A DNA stretch of 64,000 nt from Magallana gigas (lineage: Eukaryota): positions 58,404,001 through 58,468,000 of the forward strand of contig NC_088853.1 in NCBI RefSeq assembly GCF_963853765.1, given 5' to 3'. The notes beneath the pieces were generated by a model that was not told the origin of the DNA, searched no databases, and worked only from the letters and a program-made list of their open reading frames with translations. Shown here in pieces: positions 47,452 to 60,015 of the stretch. Position 1 is the first letter of the stretch. The number at the start of each line of letters is the position of its first letter. Made by a program: the position numbers and the translations under genes.

Positions 47452-49429
47452 ATGATTGTGATAGTTATTTTACATGTATTTCTCGGGATATGTTTGTCTC
47501 AGCACACTCCACCCTGTGACTGTCTAAACGAATTAGGAATTGCCTACTGTCGCCATGTACGGGCATGTCCAGAATTTGTATCAAATGTCCAGGTGGAATG
47601 TGCGATAAATGAAATAATTTTAAAAGCAAACACGTCGCTTGACCAAGTACTGATCCACGGGGAATGTAGCAACATGTCGGTATACAAGCGATTGTGCATG
47701 TATGCAATTAAGCAAATAGTATTGCGGTCTACCAGAGAAAGTTTCCTTTGTTCAGGTAATTATATACTTAAAAAACTGAAGTGTGATTGGTGAAGCAAAA
47801 TTACTGTACTCGAGTGTTAATTTATCTGTTAAGGTGATATTTTCGACTTATTGTGTAGGTAAGTTAATTTGAAGACCTATTTTGGAAACAGTTAAGTTAT
47901 TGTATTTCAGAGTTGAATTTTATAAAATTTGCGTAAAAAAATTATAGAAATAATTTACAAAATAAAAAAAAATACAAGAAATTGGATTTCAAAAGTTTTG
48001 GAATAAAACTTTTTTTGGTCACATGACCTCTTCTTTGTTTCTCAAATCTGCGAACCTTCCTCTGTGCAATCACCCGTGTGAAGCGTGACACCGTTATCAG
48101 TCATTCCCTCATGGCGTGTTCACTGATGAACGGACGCGTGTTGTGTAAAGGTACAGAACTTTTGTTTAATCTCACAGATCATTGTAAAATTCTGTCTTTT
48201 ATGTCAAATGTTTAAACGCTTTTATGAATATCAAATCTCTGATGCAAATGAAGTGGAAAATTAAACTTTATCTGTAGATTTGACCACGACGATGAAACCG
48301 GGCTGTTGGAAATCACCAGCGAGAAGCGTGAGTAATCTCTTCTTTTTGTCACTGTATCTTCTTTTTTATTAATACCTTTAATTGGGCGATTTGGTTTTAG
48401 ATTTCTGTTAAAGTTTTCGTGGGAAAACTAACATTGTATTACAGGGTTTTTTCCCACGCGTTCGATCGTTTCGATCGAGCGCGCACACAAACAGGGTAAA
48501 AATGAAATATTTTTTTTTAGAGATTGAAAAAGAAAAGAAATAAAAACAATTATGGACAACTTTTTATTGTTGATGTTGTGAATACACTCCTCTGTTCGTG
48601 TGAGTGGAGAAGAGTGCAATTGATTATTATCGAACATGCGCGGATCTGAAAGGGAGTGGGGTGGGTCCCGACCAACCACCCCCCCCCCCCTTTCTATTTG
48701 GAAAATAAAAAATTATTATATTAATATGGTAAAATTATTGCATATATGCCTCGGACCCCCCACCCCCGGCTAACAATTATCCTTCGGAACCACCCCCCCC
48801 CCCCACACCCCTTTTGGAAAAAAAAAAATTCTGGATCCGCGCATGCCAGAATCCATTTTTTATTTTGCAAATTAAAATGTGATTTTTTTTCCCCTTAAAT
48901 TTAGATTTTACACTCGGAAGGGGTTCGTCACGGACATACAACAACTTTTCAACCACTGACGTAACCGAACAGCATGCTAACAGAAGCACACTTATTAATG
49001 AATCTTATGCATTTAATAGTACACCAATCCCGTATGAAACTACTTCGCCCGAAAATGAATCCCTGGCATTGTCTCCTATAACTACTGCTAATGTTTTAAC
49101 AGCGACTATGCATGACAGTACTCCGCTTACGCAATCAGTAAAACAGACCACCCCCCTTATTAAACACTCCACAAATAACAACAAATGCCTCTTTACCAAA
49201 TGCAGCTACTTTCTCTTTGCATCATTTTACTGTCACCTCAAATTTGACGGACTTGACGACTGCTGACATACAAACTCGTATAACCACCATCGGAACGAAA
49301 AACACTGAGTCCTTCGGTACGAATCACGACCAACTGCTTTACATTTTATTTTGTGTACCTCTTTTGATATTTGCATGTTTTATTATATATATTATTAAAA
49401 GAAATTTTAATCGTAGGCGAAAACACTAA
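47452..49429 (+). pseudogene. Type I membrane glycoprotein: signal peptide, Cys-rich domain, mucin-like stalk, TM, basic tail (frameshifted)
   Basis: MIVIVILHVFLGICLSQHTPPCDCLNELG.. with a donor tcag|gtaatt at ~47756; a small exon at ~48278-48330 ending gc|gtgagt; a Thr/Ser-rich exon at ~48920-49429 ending LLYILFCVPLLIFACFIIYIIKRNFNRRRKH*. Several N-x-S/T sites are present. Confidence 0.6.
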
Positions 49430-49748
49430 CATGTAACTCAGCACGTCAGTGATTGGGAAAATGATGATACCGATGAAGAATTTTTTTTGCATGAGCTGTG
49501 CATGGAAATTAGACAAGTAAGTAATTTTATTGCTAAAAACCTTTTACAAGTTAAAAATTATTTTAATTTCATGAAGGATGACGTTTGATGAAAATTTAAA
49601 AATCAGTCATGAATAATTATACATTTTCATCGAAATGAACTAATATTTTTTATGTAATTTTTAATGGGGGTCATTGATATGACTTAAAATGATTTACATT
49701 CTTATCACAGTGAAGAAATGTATTTTTTACAATTTTTTAGTTTTTTAC

Positions 49749-50161
49749 AAGCCTTCAGTATTGCCATTACGGCCATGATCATGGCCGGCTTGATCGGCCT
49801 TAGCATTCTGCTGCGGTATCTCCTGAGGAGATACCGCAACTACATTTTGCGGAGGGGGGGGGGGGGCAGGACACCCTTACGGCGGCGCCACGTGAAGTTG
49901 CCAGGGCAGACCATTCATGCCGCCGGACCCTGGCCGCTGCACAGAAGCTGGAAGCGGCCCCCTGACAACCATTAAGAAAGAGCCGCGGTGACCCCCCATT
50001 CCTGCCACTGCACCCTGGCCGCGGTACAGGAACTCCACCACGTGCAGGCGGCCATCAAAAAGGAACCGGTATCCCCCTGCTCCTGCCGCTGGACTCTGTC
50101 CATGCCGGTGATCTCTCCGAGGAGGGACCCCTACCTCAGGGACGAGCTGATTGCCTTGTAA
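49749..50161 (+). pseudogene. Frameshifted paralog of the small TM/repeat protein at 673-1068
   Basis: AFSIAITAMIMAGLIGLSILLRYLLRR.., then frameshifts, with the same repeats (..QELHHVQAAIKKEP..RDPYLRDELIAL*). Confidence 0.65.
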
Positions 50162-50544
50162 TCTTAATCATCTGATTAAACCCGATAACAAAACTTTTAA
50201 ACTTGCTTGGTGTTTTTTCCCCACTGTTTTCCTATATGATGAGACGAAAGAAATATCTGCATTTGTTTTTGGCTGATTTCTTTCTTTCTTTCTTTTTTTT
50301 GGTAACTATATTATAATTTTAGAAATAAAAAAAAAATGTTTATATTTCTTAACGTCTCAAAAACTGTAATGAGAGTTTCAAGCAAAACCAAAAAGAAGAT
50401 GCCTGAGGCAATTTGATCAGCTGAAAAATGAAACGATGGTTGAGAAAATCAAAAATAGTATGCAAGTTTGTCTAAAACATTTAAGACCATTTAGTATCGG
50501 TATTTATCTCCTGTTTGTCAAACAATTATCTGAACGACGTAAAG

Positions 50545-53500
50545 ATGCAACATCGATGCAGATATCATTAAAAAAATCTATAGTGGTGATAAAAAATACC
50601 GATAATCTATGTCTGTTAAGAGCTGCTCTTGTGGCTTTCTGCAGTGCTTGTAGAACGAGCAACGACGAATACAGGAGATTGAAAAATTTGCATTCTACTC
50701 TCACCCCAGCCGAAATTCTCATTCAGTTTGAGAAATGCCCACAGTGGTACTATAGACAAGTGTGTCAAAATACTGATCAAAAGCAGGACACCCTCACTCG
50801 GTCTGTGTGTTATTCATTGGCCATTTCGAAAGACCAACCGTTAACGTACTCATTGATCCCAAAATTAGAGGATTATTTCAATGTAAACATTGACGTAATA
50901 AGCTCTGCTTTGAGTAACGCATTTTCATACATCAGTCAAAACTGCGATGAGGAAAGAAAAAAAATATTTTTATACCACATAGACAGGGACCTGGGACACT
51001 TTCATGCCATTGTTAAAATATGTGGCTTTTTTTAAGTTCGTATTTCTGTTCTTCGTGTCTGACCCCGTATGATCATAAACATAAACATGCTTGTAAGAAT
51101 CATTGCAGCGTTTGTTTGTCGGATGATTGTGAAAACCAGCAGGTTTGGATTTGTCAAGATTGACACCGAACTTGCAGATCTGCGGAGTGTTACAAAAGGC
51201 ATAAAATGCGTACCGAAAGCGGTAGAGTACCATGCGAGCTAGTATACAAATGTCCGACCTGTCACAAAATCGTGGAACAATGCGAGATGAAGCCTGAGGA
51301 TCACAAGTGCGGGTACTTTACGTGTAAATCTTGCCTTCAGTATGTAGAACCGGAACATCTCTGTTACGCGAGAAGCTACCCCCCTTCCGACAACGGAACG
51401 CGACGCTACATTTTTGCCGATATAGAGGCATCGCAGAGGGATGAAATAGTGCAGTGTGAATGGGGATATGCCCCTCGCCTTGACACAAACTGCGCTCAAT
51501 GTATTCAAGAGGAAAAGACCTGTTTGGATTGCCGTCGATGTCAGCATTGTCTCCAGTCTTACTGCGGAAAATCAAGGCATTCTGTTGTCTTAGCCGTCTG
51601 TCAGTCCGCCTGTACAAAGTGCGAAAACAATGACATGACTCCAGAGAGCACATGCAATGAATGCGGAGATCGGTGCAATCGTTGTGCTAAAAGAGATAAA
51701 AAGACCAAACGATATATCAGAACCCCCTGTCCCGGAGAGTGTGGATTCCGAGAGCGCGTGTTTAAGACTCTGTACGACTTGGGTAGATGGATATTCCACG
51801 AAAACCACAGAGGGTATACGGTCGTTTTTCACAATCTGTCATACGATGTTCAATTTCTACTTCAGTACCTCATATCGCAGACTATACGACATTCCTTTAT
51901 TATCTACAGCGGTAGTAAAGTGCAAATGTTTAACGTGAATGCTTTACAGATCAGAGAGATTGATTCATTTCATTTTTTACCCATGGCCCTGGCAAAATTA
52001 CCTGGAGCATTCCAACTGGAATCATTAGCCAAAGTATATTTCCCGCACTTCTTTACGTGTCGGGAAAATTTATCATACGTGGGGCCGTATCCCCCGCCTG
52101 AGACTTACGGGTTCGATGACATGTCAATCGAAGGGCGGGAAAAATTCTACGAGTGGTATCGGGAAAAAATTGACAGCGGAGAAGTGTTTGATATTCATAG
52201 CGTAAAAGGTGAAATACTGTCGAAGCGACGTCGATATACTGCGGCGAGCCTGTATAAAATTCAAACACCTCCTACACGAAGCGACTAGCAGAGACGGAGG
52301 TCGCGCCATTGACGCATTTGACTCCTGTACCATAGCATCTCTTTGCATGGAAGTTTACAAGCAAAAATTTCTTGAAGAGCAGTGGCGATTAATCGTCAAG
52401 GAAAACGACCAAGAGATCCGGATAGATGCTAAAAAAATAAACGGAAAAACATCTGTCCTCTATCAGTTTAGATAGACTTGAACGAATTTAAGAAAATGAA
52501 CATGGAAATAATCAAGGAAGTTTTCGTGAAGTCCCCCATTGCTCGTCCACCGCCGAACGGATATCAGGTTTGTATACCATTCAGCAGAAAATCCATAGCA
52601 TGGCTCTAATTGTTAATGCAGCGCGCCCGCACAAACGGTCAACACCTGGATATTTGCCATGCATTAAACGGAAGAGGGGAGTACCGAGTACCGGAAACTC
52701 GTTATCGACTAGATGGTTACGTAGCACCTACCACCGAATTTCCCGCCGGAATTGCTTATGAATTTCACGGCTGTCGTTTTCACGGATGTCCTGCGTGCTT
52801 CAAAAACGGAGGTGATATTTTACTTCCAAACTCCGAGTATACTGCATCCGAGTTGCTTGCACGGACCCGTAATAAAGAAAGAAAGTTAAAGAGTCTGGGA
52901 ATGAAACTTGTCGTCATCTGGGAACACGAATATGACACCGTGATTAAGGAGGACCCTGACGCCAAAACCTTTGTCGAAAACCTGGAATTGACTGAGCGTC
53001 TAGACCCCCGGGATAGTCTTATGGGTGGACGTACAAACGGATGTGTGTTGTACAAAAGAGCGCCACGAGATACAAAAATACGTCGATTTTACCTCGCTGT
53101 ACCCTTTCGTTAACAAGACGGCACGATATCCGACCGGACATCCCGAGATCATCACTCGTGAGTTTGACGATATCTCAAAATATTTCGGACTGGCAAAGGT
53201 AAAAGTTCTCCCGCCTCGAGGACTTTTTCACCCAGTGCTCGGTTACCGCTCGCGGGGAAAGTTAACTTTTCCGTATGTCGATCGTGTGTGGAGCGCCAAC
53301 AGAAAGAACCTTGCGCTTGTTCGGACGCGGACAGAGCATTGACGGGTACTTACTATACACCCGAACTTCTCAAAGCCGTTGAAAAGGGGTACACGATCCT
53401 CAAAATCTACGAAGTCTACCATTGGAGCGAATCAACTCAGTTCGACTCTGTAACCAAGACGGGTGGACTATTTGCGCCTTATATCAACATGTTTTTGAAA

Positions 53501-54369
53501 ATTAAACAAGAGGCCAGTGGACGACCCGACTGGATCAAGACGGAGGATGACTTTGCTCAATATATCGAGATGTACGAGCAGAGAGAAGGTTTTCGTCTAG
53601 ACTCCGACAATATTGAGCACAATCCGGTCTACGTAGCCTGGCAAAGCTTCTATTGAATAGTTTCTGGGGTAAATTTGGACAGAGAATGAACATCTGCAAA
53701 ACGCAGATTCTTCACGACAGCCAAGCTCACGTGTTGTTTGAGCAGATGGCCAATCCAACTATAGAAATTCAGGATTTTAATATCATAGACGACAACCATC
53801 TCATGCTGTCTACTAAACGTACCTCGGAGGACATGTGCGACCCCAGTCACAGCAATGTTTTTTTTGGCTTCATTTACTACCTGTTGGGCCCGCCTTAAGT
53901 TGTACGAAATATTAGATTTGTTGCAAACCCGCGTTTTGTACTGGAACACAGACTCGGTAATCTATACCCAAAAGGAAGGGGAAATAGAATTTCCCATTGG
54001 TGATTATCTGGGTGAACTTACAAACGAATTGAAAAAGGACGACTGGATTATCGAGTTTGTGTGCAATGGTCCTAAAATTATGCATACAGAACCCATAAAG
54101 GAAAGGAGGTATGCAAAGTCAAGGGATTTTCCCTAAATTACATCAATTCGACAATCCTTAATTTAAACAGCATGAAAGACGCCATGTTCCATCGCGAGAA
54201 TTCATTGGCGGGAAACTACTGCACAGTAGTCGTCCACAATCCCAACAATATCAGTCGAGAAAAAATTCATTGCGAACTTTATTGCCAAGAGGAAATTAAG
54301 AAATATGCATCTGTGTATACGAAACGAGTTGTGCAACCAAATTTGACAACACTTCCTTATGGTTATTAA
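50545..54369 (+). pseudogene. Protein-primed family-B DNA polymerase (Polinton/Maverick/adintovirus type) with Vsr-like nuclease insert; ~8 frameshifts
   Basis: IKNTDNLCLLRA; ExoI YIFADIE; ExoII HNLSYD; ExoIII YCRSDV; insert YRLDGY..AYEFHGCRFHGCP..VIWEHE; GGRTN; motif A DFTSLYP; motif B KLLLNSFWGKFGQ; motif C YWNTDS; C-terminal KRV..TLPYGY*. Confidence 0.93.
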
Positions 54370-54704
54370 AACAATATCTCATGTATTAGAATGATTGTTT
54401 ATTAGTATATGCACACTTAAAAATACATATTTTGAACATTTTTAACAAAATAAAATGATATGTGTTCACAATGTATTTTTTTTCTCATTTTTATAGTTTT
54501 TTTCGTTTACAGATAATAATGAATAAACACTCCCACCCTTTACAATTATAATATCAGCCACATTGTCCTTTTCTTTTTGGGTGAGAGTATGCCAGGAGGT
54601 GAAGTCGCTTTTCTCTTTTTGCTTCCCGCGTAAATAAGACCGGATCCAGATTGTGGAAGGGGGCGTTTTAATTGTCGACAATGTCTCCTCGGTGTTTACA
54701 ATTA

Positions 54705-55497
54705 CAAGTTATTTTCTAATTTGTTTTAAAATTCGTCACAATTATTGAAAACCCTTTCTCAAAAATTACCACAATCTAACTTTATTCCCAAAAATATTCC
54801 TAATTACAAATGATCAGGTACATACTTTCACCCTTTAATGCTTCTAGATTTCCACCTTGCTCACAACTAATGCCTCCAAAAGGAGAATAGTACGTCTGTC
54901 CGATGAAACTGGAGAAAAACAATTAAAACTAGTGGGAATTTTTTTTTTTTACAAAAAAACACGTATCCCCTTCTCCCCAAGGATTGTAATATGGGGCAAA
55001 TTTAACAAATATTATTCAATAGTACACCTAATTGTATTATTATTGCTCTTTGTTTAAAGTTTGAAGTCCTTCTGTCAAAGTATATTCAGGAGTTGAACAA
55101 TGAAGTTTTTTCTAATATGACCTTGAAATAAAAATTCTAGGTCAAGGTCAAAAATTTTGGTAAGGTTCAACTAGGTTATATACCATCTATCTATGATACA
55201 AGTTAAAAGTCTGTATGTTAAAGGACTCTGTGTTATGGTCCGAACAATATTTTTTATCAAAAGCTTGACCTTGAAAAACAAAATAGGTCAAGGTCGGAAC
55301 TTTTGGTGGCGTGCACTCCTTCTCAATACCATCTACCTATGTTCCAAGTGTGAAGTCTTAATGTCAAAGGATATTTAAGTTACGGCCTGGACAAATTTGG
55401 AAGAAGAAGAAGAAGAATGAGAAAGTCGACAAAAACAATATGTCTGAGAAAGTCGACAAAAACAATATGTCTCCCCTTTGAAAGGGGAGACATAACT
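54705..55497 (-). mobile_element. Helentron/pearl-like non-autonomous element
   Basis: Terminal hairpin tatgtctcccctttgaaaggggagacata, (GAA)n, recurring tgaccttga/aggtcaaggtca core repeats and a 27-bp direct duplication at ~55419-55472. The left boundary is approximate. Confidence 0.55.
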
Positions 55498-57336
55498 CTG
55501 GTGTGACAACGCAAATATGAATTATGCATCAAACGAGACAGTAATCATCACATGTGTCTGTATTGATATTTACATGAGCAAACTTTCCTAGAACACAACC
55601 ATGTCTACTACAATCCAGGTATTCTCAACACCTTCTAGATTCCATTGTCTTGTTTGTTTTTCTTTTGATACTGTAAACATTATGATATATCTTTAAAATT
55701 TTGCAAAAGTAGAATGGATCAGTTCTCTAATGAAACATATAATTGCAATAAAACTTGTCGAATCCAGCGGAGGATGGTTCTGAGAAATTAGGCCGGATTA
55801 GCCAACATCCGGTTTAGAGGACATTATAGCAAATTAACAGTCAACAGGTGGCTGATTACATAATGACGAAAACTGTTTTCATGCAGGAAACAATTGATGA
55901 ATATTTAAATACAAGGGAATTTAATAAAGAATGGAACATTAAGTGTAACCATACAACAAGCATTACAAACGATATCGACAGTCTTACTCGTGCGGTATTC
56001 ACAATCATGGTCTGAAAAAAAAACTTGGGGTGAAGTATAATATGCAATACCTTTTTGATCTAATTTAAGCTAAATGCGAATTTTTTTTTTATAAGAATTA
56101 ATGGTATAAATTGAAATGAGTTGATAGTTTTGAATTTATATTCACAGTTGTTTAAATCAATAGCAACGGCAGGAAAATTCATCGATAATTGAGCTGTTAC
56201 TATCCCGCAAAATACTGATCGAAAAGTGGCCAGAATACGGGACATATTATTCACTAATTATAAGCAGCCGGTTTTTTTTCATCGCGGCCGGTTTACAGAA
56301 TAGACAATATCCGGATTGCACAACATTTTTTAAACAAAATGATACGGAAATGTCAAGGGACTGACTAATATCATCGGATTGGACAACATTACAAAATGCA
56401 CAACATCTGGATTCAACAAGTTTTACTGTAATCATTTGTGGCAAAACACATGAAAACCAACCTTTTTTTCAAAACCAAGAATATTAGTAATAATTTAAAC
56501 AGTTCAATTACAAATTAAGGCATTTCTAGGAACTGAAAAAAATGTCTGTCTATCTGTCTGTCTGTAAACTTTAACATTTTTCCCCAAGCCTAAAAATTGT
56601 TAACTAAATATACATGTTCATACGAATAAATGAACTTAATTTATCACAATAATCGTCTACTGTGCATACATGTATATATTTTACCACCCAAACACTTCAG
56701 GTGAGCAGAGACATAAATAGCATCAAAGTTATATTTCGAAATTGGTATCAAATACCGCTTCCATACAGTTTCGCGCGCTTGTCATCCTACAAAGCTCTTA
56801 CAAGATCGGATGAACTGTAACAAATTTGACGATCATGGCATAACGCCTTACAGCAAAAAGACTTAAAACAGTAAGAATACAGTAGTTCATGAAACAATAA
56901 GTATTAATCTTTAAACCAAATCTTAATAAAAAAAGGAACACAAATTTTAAATTTAGCATCCAAACGCGATACGTCCTTTTTCTCTCATCGAATATATAAT
57001 AAGACGTTTAAGTTTAAGTAAAATTTAATTTCATAAATTTCAATTTTAGTTTATGTTACATTAACGTACACAAATGACTTCCCCTAAAAATGTCTGTGTG
57101 TGTGAGTTGGAACAATACAGTATGCGTATTGAACAAGAAAAAATTAAGACTAACGGTATTATTCTCAGTGCATTGATATCGGACCATGTACATTTAATTA
57201 ACAGATATTTTTTCTAATAATTTTGATTTTCAAATATAACTTTTCTTTTGAAAACCAGACCTATGCAGCACAGCAAAAAATCTTCCTGCTGGAGCAAACT
57301 GCACTTAGGACAACGTCAAGTGGGACGAAATTTGGT

Positions 57337-57560
57337 AGTAGTAGGGTATATACTGTGCAGTCACTTTAGAGTCAAGATGACGTCATGGGGATTCCCAGGT
57401 CCCACCCACACAGGTCATAATTGAGGTCACAATCCAGGTGTGACTCTACAGTCAGGGTGTTCTCTACAGTCAGGGGTGTCTTTACAGTCAAGGGCGACTC
57501 TACAGTCAAGAGGGACCCTACAGTCAGTGTCACTTCGGGGTCACATCTGAATCACAGACA
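57337..57560 (+). mobile_element. Polinton/Maverick-type left terminus (variant 3)
   Basis: AGTAGTAGGG..GCAGTCACT..AGTCAAGATGACGTCATGGG, with TGACGTCA 41 bp from the start, AGGTCA half-sites and repeated (CT)ACAGTCA. Confidence 0.65.
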
Positions 57561-58134
57561 TTTTCAACCTTGGTTTTTTTTTTCATTAAATACATGCAAC
57601 ATGGGTTATTTGTATTTGCAAGAAGACGAATTGTAACTTTTCAAACATCTGCAGACTATTTTTTAACCATGTATTTTCCACTACTATTGAAATGGATTGT
57701 CCGTGACACACCCATGATATACCAGAGACTATAAAAGTCCAAGATTTCTTAATTTTTTTTACCTTCCAATTTTTGTATGCATAGAGAAAAGTCACCAACG
57801 TGTGTCTGTAAGTAATATATTGCAATAGACAACTTATTTGTTTGTTACCACATACATTTTGGTGATGAATTTTCAGCACCAATTTACATTAATTTTAAAG
57901 AAAAAAAGAAAGACAGTTCTCAAAATTTTAATTCTCCAATTTTGACAAGTATGAACAAGAATCTAAGCACACCCTAGTACTCAGAAATTATATTCACTAA
58001 AAAAAAAACCCTCAGTTTTATTTTCACTGATAAGTAATTCACTTCATTTTTTAAAAATAATATTGGATAAAGTTTACAATCATGGAAAAGAGATCTACTC
58101 GAACAGAGTCAACTCATTCGCATAGCGCTGTCAC

Positions 58135-58405
58135 CTCCTCTTTTAGAGGATAATGGTCAGGTGACGTCTGTTGAGTAAAACACCCAATAAGGTATCCCAA
58201 TGACGTAAGTGGTGCCTGAAACGGAGTTAAATTGTTTCTAGGATATGTAAGCGGCACATGGGTTGGTGATTTTAGTACCGCTGGACTGTACTCCGGTGAT
58301 GCCGGGCTGTACTCTGGTGACACCGGACTGTACTTCGTCGTCCTAGGTGGCCCTTGAGTACATGTCCGCTTCTCGAGCGCTTGATACCTTTCAGGGTTTT
58401 CCTGT
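58135..58405 (-). CDS. Internal exon of an uncharacterised spliced gene with YSPxSPx heptads
   Basis: Acceptor aatacag| and donor gag|gtgac. Reads QENPERYQALEKRTCTQGPPRTTKYSPVSPEYSPASPEYSPAVLKSPTHVP.. Confidence 0.5.
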
Positions 58406-59305
58406 CTGTATTAAAAGAAAGAAACATAAAATATCTAACCTATATACCAAGACCTAATCTTTCAAGATCTTTAAATCTTATTTTTTAAGACTTTAAACTT
58501 AACTTGAATCTGGTTAAAGTAAATGCTTTAATTCCTTTATTTTATTTTTTTTATTTGTTTTTAGTGTCAAATTTCTACTTTCACACATGTATTACAAATT
58601 GACAACTATACCTGAAGGTTTTTAGTAGAGGATCCTCATTGTGCTGTTACGATAGGCAATATTGTGTTTTCCATCGGGTTCGAAATTCAATTAATTTCTA
58701 GGGTATATATATTTGACTTCTTTACTGAAGAGCGTTAGTCCGTGCAGTTTTACCGCCAATGTATCTGTAGTTTGCAGTCAGGTCACAAATGTAAGTTTAC
58801 AAATTTTTTTTGCTGTGTTAATCAAAGTTTACTAATTATTATATCAATTCTCTTTTGTTATAACATTTAAGTACCGGTCTCACTAAGAATCAGGTACCGT
58901 GGTTTAAAAATAAATGAGATATGGCCACAAAATGTACATTTAAAGTGTTTTTCATGCTTGAAAATTATTATTATAACACTAGATAATTTTAAAATCAAGT
59001 AAGTTTCTATAGAATTTCTCTAATCACTATTATTTTATAAGCTTACGAATCAGGCTCCGCCATTACGGTGTATACAAAATGTTAAAAATTTACATCGACT
59101 TGACACCTATTACTTGTTAGCTACAATCCCATATATATAATAAACAGTTACTTTGAATACTAATCCTAGGCCATGATAAAAAAAAACTGGTGTGTTTATT
59201 TATATTTTATGAAATATAACGGTATAAAATACAGTTCTGAAAATCCGTTTTTGAGGTAAGAGTTATTCCCCTTTGAAAACTCTTTCGTGTTGCTGATGTA
59301 AACAA

Positions 59306-59546
59306 ATGGCAGACGGCAGGTGTTCGGTCGCCTGTATATCTAGTGTAGTTAAAACAGACTGCAACGTATCTTCAAGATATCGAAATGACTGTGAAGTGAG
59401 GAGGTTGAGTGACTGTAACAGGCCCATTTTCAACCATTTGCGTCAGTTTTCTATTAACAGCGCCGACATTACAAGTGAAGGGCAATTGATTGCATTTCGA
59501 TGCGGGCTGTTCGACACAGATCTTAGCTCATTCACCGTGTGCCCAT
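59306..59546 (+). pseudogene. Cys-rich N-terminus of a probable transposase-like protein, interrupted by the Gypsy LTR
   Basis: caaATGGCAG start; MADGRCSVAC..C..LSDC..HL..SEGQLIAFRCGLF..FTVCP, cut exactly at the LTR edge. The family is unresolved. Confidence 0.4.
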
Positions 59547-59782
59547 TGAAGAATATAACGAATTAAATCAATTCACGAATAGGTTTATTCATGACACATG
59601 TATACAAGTCCACATCATGCTCTCACGCACGCACACATCATCAGCATGGCTATTTTCCCGTGCTCAATCCCCGGATGATACTCTCAAACAATACACACAA
59701 AGAACCATAACTCTTACTCACATCATACTCATACATTCATACTCAAACAGTTACTTCCCTTAGATCATATAAATATACTACA
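59547..59782 (-). mobile_element. 3' LTR of the Gypsy element
   Basis: Minus strand: polypurine tract AAAGGGGGG (59786-59794), then TGTAGTA...CTTCA, with AATAAA near its end (59584-59589). The left edge cannot be confirmed against the 5' LTR, which is outside the window. Confidence 0.7.
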
Positions 59783-60015
59783 ATACCCCCCTTTGCAAGA
59801 TTTAACTATTATACTGAAAAACATATTAATAATCAGATTTCTCATTCTTAATAAGATTACTGTCCCTTATTTCTGAAAAACATTCACAATTTTTTACATT
59901 TAGTAATGAGTCACAGTTCACAGTCCATTATAAAGAGTTTACAAAATTTACAAAGACAGTCACAGTTCACAGTCCATGATACAAATAATTTCACACGGAA
60001 ACACACGGACACGGC

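Noticed and set aside
325-50540. The inverted pair 325-1930 / 48950-50540 as terminal inverted repeats of one giant element
   Set aside because: The copies are visibly diverged with many indels, contain genes and lack terminal motifs; they are better explained as paralogous cassettes.
50436-50544. MVEKIK.. as the N-terminus of the polymerase
   Set aside because: This stretch belongs to the duplicated cassette (it matches ~325-460) and is only in frame by juxtaposition; the true pPolB N-terminus appears to be missing.
50545-54369. pPolB as an intact gene broken by sequencing indels
   Set aside because: Several shifts are in homopolymers, so error is not excluded. However, there are also in-frame stops and a D-to-N change in motif C, and the nearby Gypsy ORF is error-free.
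55500-57330. Cys-containing short ORFs (55856..56444)
   Set aside because: No recognisable motif or coherent exon chain could be supported.
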